Shown: positions 1-10,338, counted from the first letter of the stretch. The stretch is 55,506 bases of DNA from Vulcanimicrobiota bacterium (GCA_003135555.1 PLCF01000079.1:1-55506), one strand, 5' to 3'. Notes: a model not told the origin generated them from the sequence alone. Numbers and translations are program-made.

Positions 1-133
1 TCCGCTGACCGCCGATCACGACCATCTCGGTGGAATCCGGGACGGCGGCCGCGCGCGCGGAAAAAGCGGCGCCGCCGAGGGCGGCGACCACCACGACGAG
101 GGCGGCGGACAACAGACGGGTGCGGGCGGTCAA
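1..133 (-). CDS. 5' part of an exported protein, probably S41 (CtpA-like) C-terminal processing protease; truncated by window edge
   Basis: TTG at 133 with AAGGA upstream; MTARTRLLSAALVVVVAALGGAAFSARAA signal peptide; product inferred only from position after ftsEX-envC. Confidence 0.45.
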   Translation of the reverse strand, partial: MTARTRLLSAALVVVVAALGGAAFSARAAAVPDSTEMVVIGGQR

Positions 134-263
134 ACGGCGGTCCTTACGGGCTATCGCGGCGGGGCTGTATTCCCATAGAACCCCTTCGACTGATCCTTTG
201 TTCCATCGACTCCTGTGGCTCTAACCTTATGGCGCGCCGGGGAGGGTCCGAGCGCCCGGCGGT

Positions 264-1487
264 TTAGCGCAAGAAGCCCATCGGGTCGACCGGGTTCCCG
301 TTCTGCATCACCTGGAAGTGGACGTGCGGCCCGGTCGAGAGGCCGGTCGAGCCGGCTGCCCCGATCGCCTGCCCGCGCTGGACTTCCTGTCCGACCGAGA
401 CGAAGATTTGCGACATGTGGCAGTACATCGTCGAGAGGCCGCCGTGGTGGTCGATTGCGACCATGTTGCCGCAGCCCCCTTGGTAGCTGGCCACGATGAT
501 CCGGCCTTCGGCGGCGGCGGCGACCGGGGTTCCGGTCGGCACCCCGATGTCGATCCCGCGGTGCAGGATCATGCGGTGCAAGATGGGGTGCATCCGCCAG
601 CCGAACGGTGAGGTGATCGGCCCCGAGACCGGCCACAACAGCTGCCCCGGTGCGCCCGGCTCCCGCGGCAACTCGACGCCGGCGAGCTTCGCGGCCCGGC
701 GAGCGGCACGGCGCTTGGCCTCTTCCTCGCGTTGCTTTTCGACGATGAGCGCTTCGAGCGCCGCCTCTTCGGCGTCGGAAAGCTCGGCGAGCTGGTACAC
801 CTCGGTCTGGACGCTTTGCCGTTCCGCGTCGGCGGCGACGAGCAGCTGTTTGCGCTGGGTGGCCAACCCGTCGAGGGCCAAGCGCTGCTGGCGGGCCTGC
901 GCCTCTTGCGTTTGCAGCTCGGACTGCGTCCCCAGCAGGCCCCGCTCGATGCCGAGCACGCGGGCCTGGTCGGCCCGGCGCGCGCGGATCGTCGACTCGT
1001 TCGCTTTGACCACGTAGCGCACGTCGTTCCACCGCTCGACGAAGTCACCGAAGGAACGCGCCCGCAGCAGCACGTCGACGTAGCCCAGATCGCCGTGCTC
1101 GTAGGCGTCGACCAGGCGCCGGTTCAGCACCTCTTGGTGGCGCCGCAGGGTTGCCTTGGCTGCGGCGAGCTGGATCCGGTTCCAGTCCAGCTTGCGCTGC
1201 GTCGACTTGATCTGTCCTTCGACCGTGTCCAGGCGACCGTTGACTTGCGCGATGTGATGGTTCGTGTCGCTGAGCTGCTGCTGGATCGAGCCCACCCGGG
1301 CACGCGCCTCGTTGAGCTGGCCACGCTTGACGCGCAGCTTCAGGTGCAGATCGTGGATGTGCGCTTTCTGGGCTTGGATCTTTTCGTCGATGCGGCTCTT
1401 GCTCTGGACCGTGCTCGGCCCGAGCGCGATCAGAAACACCGCCGCGGCGAGCGCGGCCCGCACGCGGTCCCGGCTGCGGTTCAGCAC
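264..1487 (-). CDS. Murein hydrolase activator EnvC-like / M23 peptidase with coiled coil
   Basis: Signal peptide, long coiled coil, C-terminal M23 motifs HRGID and HVHF; downstream of ftsEX. Confidence 0.9.
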   Translation of the reverse strand: MLNRSRDRVRAALAAAVFLIALGPSTVQSKSRIDEKIQAQKAHIHDLHLKLRVKRGQLNEARARVGSIQQQLSDTNHHIAQVNGRLDTVEGQIKSTQRKLDWNRIQLAAAKATLRRHQEVLNRRLVDAYEHGDLGYVDVLLRARSFGDFVERWNDVRYVVKANESTIRARRADQARVLGIERGLLGTQSELQTQEAQARQQRLALDGLATQRKQLLVAADAERQSVQTEVYQLAELSDAEEAALEALIVEKQREEEAKRRAARRAAKLAGVELPREPGAPGQLLWPVSGPITSPFGWRMHPILHRMILHRGIDIGVPTGTPVAAAAEGRIIVASYQGGCGNMVAIDHHGGLSTMYCHMSQIFVSVGQEVQRGQAIGAAGSTGLSTGPHVHFQVMQNGNPVDPMGFLR

Positions 1488-1506
1488 GAGCTCCCAAGGC
1501 GCGCGG

Positions 1507-2379
1507 TCACGTGCGCAGGTAGCGGCCGACGCTGATCCAGGATGCGATCAGGCCGACCGCCGCGCCGACCGCGAGCAGTTCGAGGCACAGCGTCAGCTCG
1601 TTGACGCGGAAGGTCACGAACGCCAGGGTCGCGGCGAGCTTGGGCACGACTTGATGCTCGGCCAGCGCGAGCACGCCGATCGCCACCGCCGCGCCGAACG
1701 TCCCCGCCAGCATCCCTTCGGCGATGAAGGGCATCCGAATGTACATGTTCGTCGCGCCGACGAGCTGCATGATCGCGATCTCGCGGCGGCGTGCGAACAC
1801 CGTCAGGCGGATCGTGTTGGCGATGACGATCGCCGCCGAGATCGAGAGCAGCGCGATGAGCGCGATGCCGGCGCGGCCCAGAACGGTGGCGGTCTTGAGC
1901 AGCTTTTGCACGGTGTCGGCGGCGTAGTCGGCCTTGGCGACCCGCGGGTCCTTGGCGATGGCGCGCGCGACGGCCGGGACGTCGTCGGCGTTGCGGACCC
2001 GCACGTGATAGGAGTTGGGCAGCGGGTTGGTCGTGAGCAGCGAGGTGTCGAAATCGCTGCCTAGGACGGCCTGCATGCGCTTGAGGCCGTCCCGCTTGGA
2101 GACGTAGGTCGCCGACGCGATGCGCGGGTCGGCCGCGAACGCAGCCGCCAACTCTTTGGCCTTCGTGTCGTCGACGCTGTCCTTGAGGTACACCGCGATC
2201 TCGATCTGCGACAGCACCCCGGCGCCGAACGTCTGCAGCGTCTCGCGCACGAACAGGAACGCGCCGAGCAGTACGATGGTGACCGCGACGGTTCCGATCG
2301 CGGTGAATTGCATGCCGGCGTTGCGGGTGAAGTTGGCAAAAACCTCACCCAGGAAGAACCGCAGTTTGCCCCAATCCAC
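1507..2379 (-). CDS. ftsX: Cell division permease FtsX
   Basis: GTG start MDWGKLRFF; TM segments; NTIRLTVFARRREIAIMQLVGAT signature. Confidence 0.92.
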   Translation of the reverse strand: MDWGKLRFFLGEVFANFTRNAGMQFTAIGTVAVTIVLLGAFLFVRETLQTFGAGVLSQIEIAVYLKDSVDDTKAKELAAAFAADPRIASATYVSKRDGLKRMQAVLGSDFDTSLLTTNPLPNSYHVRVRNADDVPAVARAIAKDPRVAKADYAADTVQKLLKTATVLGRAGIALIALLSISAAIVIANTIRLTVFARRREIAIMQLVGATNMYIRMPFIAEGMLAGTFGAAVAIGVLALAEHQVVPKLAATLAFVTFRVNELTLCLELLAVGAAVGLIASWISVGRYLRT

Positions 2380-3055
2380 GGAAATAGTAGCCTCGCTCGT
2401 CGTCGTGCAGGATGCGGCCGTGCTCGAGACGCACGACGCGCCGGCGCATCCGGTCGACGACTGCTTGATTGTGGGTCGCGACCACGACGGTCGTGCCTTT
2501 GAGGTTGATGCGCTGCAACAACTCCATGATCTCGGTCGTGTTCGACGGGTCGAGGTTCCCGCTGGGCTCGTCGCACAGCAGGATCTTGGGATTGCCGACG
2601 AGGGCGCGCGCGATCGCAGTGCGCTGCTGCTCGCCGCCGGAGAGCTCGGAGGGAAGCATGCGGCTCTTGTGCGAGAGCCCGACGAGGTCGAGGGCACGCG
2701 GCACCATGCGCATGACGTCTCTGGTTCGCGTCCCCGTCACTTGGAGCGCGAAGGCGACGTTCTCCCAGACCGTCTTGTTCGAGAGCAGTTTGAAGTCTTG
2801 GAACACGACGCCGATGTTCCGGCGCAGCTTCGGTACCCGGCTGCGCCGCAGCGTGTCGACGCGGATGTTGTCGACGATCACTTCTCCGGTCGACGGCACT
2901 TCTTCGCGGTAGAGCAATTTGAGCAGCGACGATTTCCCGGTGCCGGAGCTACCGACCAGAAAAACGAAACTTCCTTTTTCGATCTCGAGATCGACGTCGT
3001 CCAACGCTCGCGTCCCGTTGGGGTAAACGAGCGAAACGCCGCGGAGTCTGATCAT
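2345..3055 (-). CDS. ftsE: Cell division ATP-binding protein FtsE
   Basis: MIRLRGVS start; Walker A GSSGTGKS, VVFQDFKLL, LSGGEQQR; adjacent to ftsX. Confidence 0.93.
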   Translation of the reverse strand: MIRLRGVSLVYPNGTRALDDVDLEIEKGSFVFLVGSSGTGKSSLLKLLYREEVPSTGEVIVDNIRVDTLRRSRVPKLRRNIGVVFQDFKLLSNKTVWENVAFALQVTGTRTRDVMRMVPRALDLVGLSHKSRMLPSELSGGEQQRTAIARALVGNPKILLCDEPSGNLDPSNTTEIMELLQRINLKGTTVVVATHNQAVVDRMRRRVVRLEHGRILHDDERGYYFRGLGQTAVLPG

Positions 3056-3130
3056 GCTTTGAAACGATACTCCGGCGTCAGGTTTGCGAAGGTATTGGGC
3101 GGGCCACGGCTGATACCTCCGTGGAGAATC

Positions 3131-4279
3131 ATGAACTTTGACCTCACCGACGAGCAGAAGGCGATCCAGGATCTGTGCCGTGATTTCGCACAGAGCGAGG
3201 TCGCACCGCAGGCCGAACGCAACGACGCCGAGGAGCGCTTTCCGTACGAGTTGGTGCGCAAGATGGCCGAGCTCGGGTTGATGGGCTTGCCCTTCCCTGA
3301 GAAGTACGGCGGCGCCGGCGCCGATACGGTCAGCTATGCGCTCGCCGTCATAGAGATCGCCCGCGCGGATGCGTCGACCGCGATCACGCTGGCGGCGCAC
3401 GTCTCGCTGGGCGCGTCGCCGATCTTGCTGTTCGGCACCGAGAAACAGAAGCAGCAGTATCTCGTGCCGCTGGCGCGGGGCGAGCGGCTGTGGGGCTTCG
3501 GCCTCACCGAGCCGGGGGCCGGCAGCGACGCCGGCGCGACCCAGACGCGCGCCGAGCTGCGGGACGGCCACTGGGTGATCAACGGGACCAAGGCCTTCAT
3601 CACCAACAGCGGCACCGACATCAGCGGCGGCACCACCATCACCGCGGTGACCGGGCGCGACGCCAAGGGCCGGGCCGAGATCTCGAACATCCTGGTCCCG
3701 CAAGACACGCCCGGGTTCACCCGCTCCAAGAAGTATAAGAAGATGGGCTGGCGGGCGTCGGACACCCGCGAGCTCGCTTTCGCCGATGCCGCGGTCCCCG
3801 AAGAGAACTTGCTCGGAGGGCGGGGCAAGGGGTTAAAGCAGTTCCTGACCATCCTCGACGGCGGGCGCATCTCGGTCGCCGCGCTGTCGGTTGGGCTGGC
3901 GATCGGCGCCTACGACGAGGCCTTCAAGTACGCCAAGGAGCGGCGGCAGTTCGGCCAGGCGATCGCAGCCTTCCAGGCGATCCAGTTCAAGCTCGCCGAC
4001 ATGCGCATGGAGATCGAGCACGCCAAGCTGATGGTGCTCAAGGCCGCCTGGGAGAAGGACGAGGGCCGGGCCTTCGAGCTCAACGCCTCGCTGGCCAAGC
4101 TGTATTCGGGCGAGGTCTCGCGCCGGGTGGTCAACGAGGCGTTGCAGATTCACGGCGGCTACGGGTTCATGGACGAGTACCCCATCTCGCGGATGTACCG
4201 CGACCAAAAGATCAACGAGATCGGCGAGGGCACCAACGAGATCCAACGGCTGGTAATCGCCCGGCAGATCGGCCTCTAG
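3131..4279 (+). CDS. Acyl-CoA dehydrogenase
   Basis: MNFDLTDEQ start after GGAG; GLTEPGAGSD, QIHGGYG, IGEGTNEIQR motifs. Confidence 0.93.
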   Translation: MNFDLTDEQKAIQDLCRDFAQSEVAPQAERNDAEERFPYELVRKMAELGLMGLPFPEKYGGAGADTVSYALAVIEIARADASTAITLAAHVSLGASPILLFGTEKQKQQYLVPLARGERLWGFGLTEPGAGSDAGATQTRAELRDGHWVINGTKAFITNSGTDISGGTTITAVTGRDAKGRAEISNILVPQDTPGFTRSKKYKKMGWRASDTRELAFADAAVPEENLLGGRGKGLKQFLTILDGGRISVAALSVGLAIGAYDEAFKYAKERRQFGQAIAAFQAIQFKLADMRMEIEHAKLMVLKAAWEKDEGRAFELNASLAKLYSGEVSRRVVNEALQIHGGYGFMDEYPISRMYRDQKINEIGEGTNEIQRLVIARQIGL

Positions 4280-4332
4280 CCGTGCCGGGCTTCAGACTTG
4301 CTTCATCCCGGGCCGCGACTATGAGGACCACT

Positions 4333-4887
4333 ATGCCACGTTCGTTGATCCTGCCGGTCCTCGCGTCTCTGGCACTTGCCGTCGCAGTCGTCACCGTCGG
4401 CGTGGGCCGCGTCTCGGCGCATCTCGAACACGGCGCCGTCGCACCGGCCTTCACCCTGCAGGCGGCTCAGGGCGGCGACGTCGCCACGGTCGATCTCAAG
4501 GCCGCGCTCGCGAAGGGCCCGGTCGTGCTGTACTTCTTTCCGAAGTCGTTCACGCAGGGCTGCACCGTCGAGGCGCACCTCTTCTCCGAGCACATCGCCG
4601 ACTACAAGAAACTCGGCGCGCAAGTGATCGGGGTCAGCGGCGACGACATCGAGACGCAGAAGAAGTTCTCGACCGAAGAGTGCCGCTCGGCGTTCCTGGT
4701 CGCCTCGGACCCCGGGCTCAAAATCGCCAAGGAGTACGACGCCGTGCTGACGGGGACGTACGCGAACCGGACCTCCTACGTGATCGCCCGCGACGGCACG
4801 ATCGCCTACGCGTACACCAGCCTGGATCCCGAGAAGCACGTCGACAACACCCTCGAAGCCCTCAGAAACCTCGCCGCGAAGAAGTAG
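4333..4887 (+). CDS. Exported peroxiredoxin (BCP/AhpC-TSA family)
   Basis: YFFPKSFTQGCT peroxidatic Cys motif; N-terminal signal; GAGG upstream of ATG 4333. Confidence 0.88.
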   Translation: MPRSLILPVLASLALAVAVVTVGVGRVSAHLEHGAVAPAFTLQAAQGGDVATVDLKAALAKGPVVLYFFPKSFTQGCTVEAHLFSEHIADYKKLGAQVIGVSGDDIETQKKFSTEECRSAFLVASDPGLKIAKEYDAVLTGTYANRTSYVIARDGTIAYAYTSLDPEKHVDNTLEALRNLAAKK

Positions 4888-4894
4888 GGTTCGG

Positions 4895-7024
4895 TCAGGC
4901 GATCGCGGCGAGCGGGCCGAGTTCGATGCGGTTCGCGCCGGCCGCGGCTGCCGCTGTGGCCAGCTCGTAGCTGGCGGTGAAGAGGATGCACTGCGCGTCG
5001 AGCGCGCCGTGCAACACGATCGGCAGGCAACGTGCGATGCGCTCCGCGTCCCAGAACGCGAACGGGTCGTCGAGCAGCAGCGGCGGCGTCTCCAAACCTT
5101 CGGCGAACATCCGCGCCGTCGCGAACCGCATCACCAGCCCGATCTGATCGCGCGTCCCGGCCGAGAGCTTGTCGAGATCCTCGATCCGCCCGCCCTCCGG
5201 GACGCGCACGCGGATCGCCAACGTGACCGGATCGAGCCGGATCTCGCCGTAGCGGCCGGCGGTGATCGTCCCAAGGATCCCGGCGCTGTACTCCTCGAGC
5301 CGCCGCGCGAACCCGCGATGCGCCTCGTCCTTGCGCGTCTCGATGGTGGTGCGCGCGAGCTTGAGCGCCCGTTCAAACGTTTCCAGCCGCGCGATCTCGG
5401 CCCGCGTGAGGGCCAGCTCTTCATCGAGCGCGGCCACGTCGCGCACGTCCTTTTCGCCGGCCCGCAGTTCACCCTCGAGATCGGCGACGCGGCGTTCGGC
5501 CGCGCGCGCTCGGACGTCGAGCTGCGCGCGTTCGCGCTCGAGCGCCCGCAGCGTTTGCGGGGCATCCTCGGCGGCCGGCTCGACGCCGCTCGTCACGAGC
5601 GCATCGTACTCGGCTTGCAGCGCAAACTCGTCGTCGCCTTGCAGGATGTTGCCGCGCGCGATCGCCAGCATCGCGAGCCGATTGTCGAGGCCGTCGCGTT
5701 CGCGGCGGCGGGCGGCGCGCGCATGCGCGGCGGCGCGCCGTTCATCGCGCTCGCCGGCGGCGCCGGTGAGGCTGCGCGCGAGCTCGTCGAAGCGCGCGCC
5801 TTCAGCTTCGGCCGTCTCGCGGGCGGCGTCCGCGCGCGCGGCGGCCTTGCGAGCCGCCGCATCGCGCGCGCTCAGCGCGACCAGCGCCGATTCGGTTCGC
5901 CCGCGCCGGAAGGCGGCGATCGCCAGGATGAGCGCGACGGCGCTCGCGACCGCCGTCCAGGTCCACTGGTGCGCTACCGCGACGCCGATGTCCGCGAGCG
6001 TCGCAGTCAGCGCCGCGACGACGAGCGTCCCCGCCGGCACGCGCGTGTCCCCGACGTCAACGGGATGTTCGTCCGCGCCGAGCGCTTCCTCCGCAGCGGC
6101 GCGCGCGGCGGCTTTTGCCACGTTGCGCGCCGAGCGCCACACATGGTACGCGTCCTCGAGCAACGGTAAACGCTCGAGCGCGAAGTCGCGGACATCGTCG
6201 AACCCGCCGCGCTCGCTCTGCAGCTCCGCGACCTCGTCGCGGTGTTCCTTGAGCGCAGTCAGTCGCGCCCGGATGTGCGCGGCGCGCAGCGAGCGTGCGC
6301 GGCGCTCGAGCTCGGCCGCCGCGGAGGCGTCGCGATCGCGTTGCGCGCGCTCGGCCGCGATGTTCTCGCGCAGGGCGGCGAGCGCGGCGAGCGCGCGCCG
6401 CGCTTCGTCGCCGGCGCGTGCCTGCGCGGCCTCGACCTCGCGCAGTTTCTTGAGCGGCGCGTTTTTGAACGCGCGGCCGGTACCGACGTACCCGCGCAGC
6501 GCAGCATCGAGGCGCGCGAGCGCGCCGAGCGCCGCATCTTCTTTGGGGCCCCCATCGAGCGCTTGCGCCAACGCCGTCGACACGTCACCGGCACTCCCGC
6601 TCTCGAGCCCGACTGCGCGCTGCCGCGCGCACGCCGTCTGCACGAACACGTCGTGCGAGATGCGCAGGTGCGCCTCACCGGGGTTGAGCGTCTTGCCCGC
6701 GCCGACGCGCGCGGCGGCGTCGGCGCCGTCCGCATCGTACACGCGCACGCCTTTGGCGTCGAGCTCGAAGGCGCGCTGCACTTCCCAGCTCGCGCCGTCC
6801 GACGTCTCGTACCGCAGCGACGTCGCGTACGCACCGCCGCTCCAGGGCCGCCAACGATCCTTATCGCCACGCCGGCACCCGTACAACGAGGCCACGATCG
6901 CGGCCGCGAGCGTCGACTTCCCCGCTTCGTTGGGACCGACCACGACGTTGAGCCCGGGCGCGAAGTCGAAGCGGCGCTCGGCCAAGCGCCCGAACCCGTC
7001 GATGCGCAGCGACCGCAGCCTCAT
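4895..7024 (-). CDS. SMC/Rad50-like AAA ATPase (YhaN/SbcC-like)
   Basis: MRLRSLRIDGFG, Walker A GPNEAGKST, coiled coils, signature LSAGTRDQ, Walker B LLLDDPF. Confidence 0.85.
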   Translation of the reverse strand: MRLRSLRIDGFGRLAERRFDFAPGLNVVVGPNEAGKSTLAAAIVASLYGCRRGDKDRWRPWSGGAYATSLRYETSDGASWEVQRAFELDAKGVRVYDADGADAAARVGAGKTLNPGEAHLRISHDVFVQTACARQRAVGLESGSAGDVSTALAQALDGGPKEDAALGALARLDAALRGYVGTGRAFKNAPLKKLREVEAAQARAGDEARRALAALAALRENIAAERAQRDRDASAAAELERRARSLRAAHIRARLTALKEHRDEVAELQSERGGFDDVRDFALERLPLLEDAYHVWRSARNVAKAAARAAAEEALGADEHPVDVGDTRVPAGTLVVAALTATLADIGVAVAHQWTWTAVASAVALILAIAAFRRGRTESALVALSARDAAARKAAARADAARETAEAEGARFDELARSLTGAAGERDERRAAAHARAARRRERDGLDNRLAMLAIARGNILQGDDEFALQAEYDALVTSGVEPAAEDAPQTLRALERERAQLDVRARAAERRVADLEGELRAGEKDVRDVAALDEELALTRAEIARLETFERALKLARTTIETRKDEAHRGFARRLEEYSAGILGTITAGRYGEIRLDPVTLAIRVRVPEGGRIEDLDKLSAGTRDQIGLVMRFATARMFAEGLETPPLLLDDPFAFWDAERIARCLPIVLHGALDAQCILFTASYELATAAAAAGANRIELGPLAAIA

Positions 7025-7034
7025 GCGGCGACGC

Positions 7035-8132
7035 TCACGGGCGCACGTCGCCGGCGAAGGCGGCGACGGCGTAGCGCAACGCGGCGCGCGCGTCGGCATC
7101 GCCGGCGCCGGCGCGGGCCAGAAGATCGGCGACCGCGCGGCCGCGCACGTTGGGCTCACGCGCGATCGCGGCGTAGTCAGCGGCGACGGTGTCGTCGATC
7201 ACCTCGATCGCGCCGAGCCCCGAGCCGAAGCGGTCGGCGATGAGGTCGCGGTCGACGCGCGTGCCGGGCGCCACCGTCCCCTGCAGCCGAACCCGCACGA
7301 AGTCGTCGCGGCCGAACGGGGTCAGCACGCGTTCGAGCGCCGCCAGGACGGCGTGCTCGCTAGCGGCGTCGTCGAGCGGGACGTCGACGTCGACCAGCCG
7401 GGTGCGCGCCAGCGCGACGCTTTCGAGCGCGACCCGACCGTGCTCGACCGTCATCACCAGCGCGCCGTGCGCGCCGCGCTCGCCGAACTTGATCGGCTCG
7501 GGCGAGCCGGGATATGCGAGCCGCGGCCCGGTCTCGTCGGCGATGACCGTGCCGCCGTGGTAGTGCCCCGTCAGCGCGCAGGTCGCTCCGGAAGCGACGA
7601 TCTCGGCCAGGGTGAACGGCGCCGTCGCGCGCTTCCCGGGCGGACAACGGTCCTCGTCGCTGCCGTGCACCAGCGCGATGCGCGTTCCGGGCCGGTCGAA
7701 GCGCGCATTCGCGAACGGCCGCCCCGGGTCGGCGGGGGCGTGGCCGAACCCGTAGAGCGTGACGTCGGCGGCGAGCCGGTACGCGGCCCATCGCGGTTCG
7801 GCGAACACGCGCACGTTGGGCGGACGGTCGTCGCGGGCGTAGAGCGACCGCGCCGAGTAGGGGTCGTGGTTGCCCGGCGCGACGAAGACCGGGCCGCCGA
7901 AACGGGCCAGCTGCTCGAACACGAAACGCGCCGTTTGTGGCCCTGCGCGATCGGCTTCGTAGAGGTCGCCGCCGATCGTGAGCGCGTCGGCCTTGCGTTC
8001 GAGCGCCAGATCGACCACGCGTACGAACGCATCGGCGAGCGCAGCCCGCCGGCGCGCGCCGCCGCGGAGCTCGGTGAACGCGGTCTCCAAGTGTACGTCC
8101 GCGCAGTGGACGATCGTCGTCTGCGCTGCCAT
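7035..8132 (-). CDS. Mre11/SbcD-like metallophosphoesterase nuclease (YhaO-like)
   Basis: ADVH, GGDLYE, PGNHD, GHYH, YPGSPE motifs; paired with Rad50-like ATPase. Confidence 0.88.
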   Translation of the reverse strand: MAAQTTIVHCADVHLETAFTELRGGARRRAALADAFVRVVDLALERKADALTIGGDLYEADRAGPQTARFVFEQLARFGGPVFVAPGNHDPYSARSLYARDDRPPNVRVFAEPRWAAYRLAADVTLYGFGHAPADPGRPFANARFDRPGTRIALVHGSDEDRCPPGKRATAPFTLAEIVASGATCALTGHYHGGTVIADETGPRLAYPGSPEPIKFGERGAHGALVMTVEHGRVALESVALARTRLVDVDVPLDDAASEHAVLAALERVLTPFGRDDFVRVRLQGTVAPGTRVDRDLIADRFGSGLGAIEVIDDTVAADYAAIAREPNVRGRAVADLLARAGAGDADARAALRYAVAAFAGDVRP

Positions 8133-8146
8133 CGCACGTTTGTTCG
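8133..8146 (-). promoter_or_regulatory. Putative LexA (SOS) box, one mismatch
   Basis: Minus strand CGAACAAACGTGCG directly abutting ATG 8132; consensus CGAAC-N4-GTTCG. Confidence 0.6.
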
Positions 8147-8213
8147 ACGCGGCAGGTGAAAATCCAGCCTCCGGGTATCGTCGCGACAACCCCAACGTGC
8201 CGGAGGCTCGAGT

Positions 8214-9458
8214 ATGCGGCGTTCCTTCCTTGCTTTTGCCGCCGCGGCGCTCGCCGCCGGCACGGTTGTCTCGTCGACGCCGGTGGCTAGCCGCGCCGAT
8301 AACGGGCCCTCGGAGGTCGTCGTAGGCGCCGTCCTGCCGTTGACCGGTGAGGAGAGCCGCGTCGGGACCTTCTATAAAGCGGCGTACGAGCTGGCGACCA
8401 AGGAGATCAACGACCACGGCGGGCTGCAACTGCGTCAGTACGGCCGCAAGATCCCCGTCAAGCTGATCATCTACGACGACAAGACCGATCCGGCGACCTC
8501 GCGCAACCTCTACGAGCGGCTCGCGCTCCAGGACCACGTCGACGCGATGCTCGGCGGCTACTCGACCGATCTGGTTCAGGCGCAGACCGTGGTGCCGAAT
8601 CAACACGGCATCCCCTACGTCGGCGGCGGCGGGGCGGCGTCGGCGATCTACAAGCGCGGCTTCAAGACGATCTTCAGCCTGCTGGCGTCGATCGAGAACC
8701 TGGCCTATACCGAATGCGACTTCATCGAGGAGATGCAAGCGCAGAAGAAGCTGCCCAAGCCGCTCAAGATGGCGGTGGTGTACGAGAACACCTCGCACGG
8801 CCAGGACTTCGCGAAAGGGCTGACGGCGCGCGCAAAGCAGAAGCCGCAGAACTTCCAGATCGTGATGTCCGAGGCGTTCGACCTCCACGGTAAAGACTTC
8901 ACGCCGTTGCTGCAAAAGGTCAAGGCCATCAACGCCAACGCGTTCATGTCCGACGCGCATCTGGACGACTACATCACGATGCAGCGCCAGTACGCGCAGG
9001 TCGGGCTGCACCACGCCTACCTGACCTATGGTGCCCGCGGCCCCGAGAAGTCGGCGCGCGACGCGCTCGGCAAGAGCGCCGACTACATCGTCGCGGCGGC
9101 GTGGTGGAACCAAGCGATTCCGAATGCGGCGGTCAAAGCGTTCGACGAGAAGTGGGCCAAGGCGTATCCGAAGCTCAACGCGGAGTGGTACGCGGCGCTG
9201 CCCTACGAGACGGCGCGCACGCTCTACATCGCGATGACGGAGACCGGTTCGGTCGACAAGGCCAAAGTCGTCGAGACGCTGCGCCACATCGACATTCGCG
9301 ACACGGTGCTCCCCGGCGGCCACATCCGGTTCGAGGCGGACGGACAGATCAACGCACCGTTCGTCGTCACCGAGAACCTCCCCGACGGGAAGACGGTGAT
9401 CGTCTACCCGCACGCCGAGAAGACCGGCGAGGCGGTACTGCCGGTCCCGGGATCGTAG
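8214..9458 (+). CDS. Branched-chain amino acid-type ABC transporter substrate-binding protein
   Basis: MRRSFL signal; GAVLPLTG and IIYDDKTDP LivJ/K-like motifs. Confidence 0.88.
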   Translation: MRRSFLAFAAAALAAGTVVSSTPVASRADNGPSEVVVGAVLPLTGEESRVGTFYKAAYELATKEINDHGGLQLRQYGRKIPVKLIIYDDKTDPATSRNLYERLALQDHVDAMLGGYSTDLVQAQTVVPNQHGIPYVGGGGAASAIYKRGFKTIFSLLASIENLAYTECDFIEEMQAQKKLPKPLKMAVVYENTSHGQDFAKGLTARAKQKPQNFQIVMSEAFDLHGKDFTPLLQKVKAINANAFMSDAHLDDYITMQRQYAQVGLHHAYLTYGARGPEKSARDALGKSADYIVAAAWWNQAIPNAAVKAFDEKWAKAYPKLNAEWYAALPYETARTLYIAMTETGSVDKAKVVETLRHIDIRDTVLPGGHIRFEADGQINAPFVVTENLPDGKTVIVYPHAEKTGEAVLPVPGS

Positions 9459-9462
9459 CGGC

Positions 9463-10338
9463 CTGGACACCCTCTCCACCCTGATTTCGGCGCTGCTGGT
9501 GGCGGGGCTGTACGCGGCGATGTCGTACGGCCTCGCGCTCATCTACGGCGTGCTCAAGATCATCAACCTCGCCAACGCCGGGTTTCTGATGCTCGGCGCG
9601 TACGTGACGTGGTGGCTCTTCACGTCCTATCACATCCATCCGCTGCTGGCGCCGCTGTTGATCGTCCCGGCCTTCTTCCTGTTCGGCTGGGCGCTCGAGC
9701 GGACGCTGGTACGGCGCGTGCTGAGCGCCGAGCCGATCATCTCGCTGCTCTTGCTGTTCGGCGTCTGGCTGGTGCTGCAAAACCTGGCGTACGTGATCTG
9801 GACCGGCGACACGCGCTCGATCGAAACCCCGTTCGTCGAGGCGACGGTCAACGCCGGCGGCTTGCAGCTCGCCGTGCCGCGCCTCTACGTCTTCGCGATG
9901 GGCGCGCTGGTCTTGATCGCGCTGCAGCTCTTCCTCACCCGCACCTATCTGGGGCGCGCGATCCGCGCGACGGCGCAGGACCGCGACGCCGCGCGGCTCG
10001 TCGGCGTCGACGTCGACCGGGTGATGGGGATCGCGTTCGGGATCGGGATCGCGCTGGCGGGCTTCGGCGGCTCGCTGCTCTCCCTGCTGTTCTCGTTCAC
10101 GCCGGACTTCGGCCGCGCGCTCTCGCTCAAGTCGTTCTGCATCGTCGTGCTGGGCGGGCTCGACTCGATCGTCGGCGTTGCGTTCGGGTCGCTCGCGCTC
10201 GCGCTCGCCGAAGCCTTCGGCGTGCGCTACATGCCGGCATCGTTGCAGAATCTGATCTCGTTCGTCGTCTTGGTCGTGGTGCTGATCGCGCTACCGCGCG
10301 GGATCGTGGGCACGGTGCGGGCGTTGCGGCGTGGGTAA
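9463..10338 (+). CDS. Branched-chain amino acid ABC permease (LivH-like)
   Basis: GLALIYGVLKIINLA, GRAIRATAQD motifs; start may be CTG 9463 or GTG 9499. Confidence 0.88.
   Translation: MDTLSTLISALLVAGLYAAMSYGLALIYGVLKIINLANAGFLMLGAYVTWWLFTSYHIHPLLAPLLIVPAFFLFGWALERTLVRRVLSAEPIISLLLLFGVWLVLQNLAYVIWTGDTRSIETPFVEATVNAGGLQLAVPRLYVFAMGALVLIALQLFLTRTYLGRAIRATAQDRDAARLVGVDVDRVMGIAFGIGIALAGFGGSLLSLLFSFTPDFGRALSLKSFCIVVLGGLDSIVGVAFGSLALALAEAFGVRYMPASLQNLISFVVLVVVLIALPRGIVGTVRALRRG

Noticed and set aside
2120..3130. N-terminal extensions in the ORF track (e.g. 719-aa acyl-CoA dehydrogenase, 835-aa nuclease, 749-aa UbiD) as fusions
   Set aside because: Extensions overlap genuine opposite-strand genes; family homology starts at downstream start codons
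5262..8159. 965-aa plus-strand ORF and many other long overlapping ORFs (e.g. 13217-15010, 22936-24771, 14857-16293)
   Set aside because: Antisense or alternate-frame shadows of real genes in high-GC DNA; Arg/Ala/Ser-rich with no motifs
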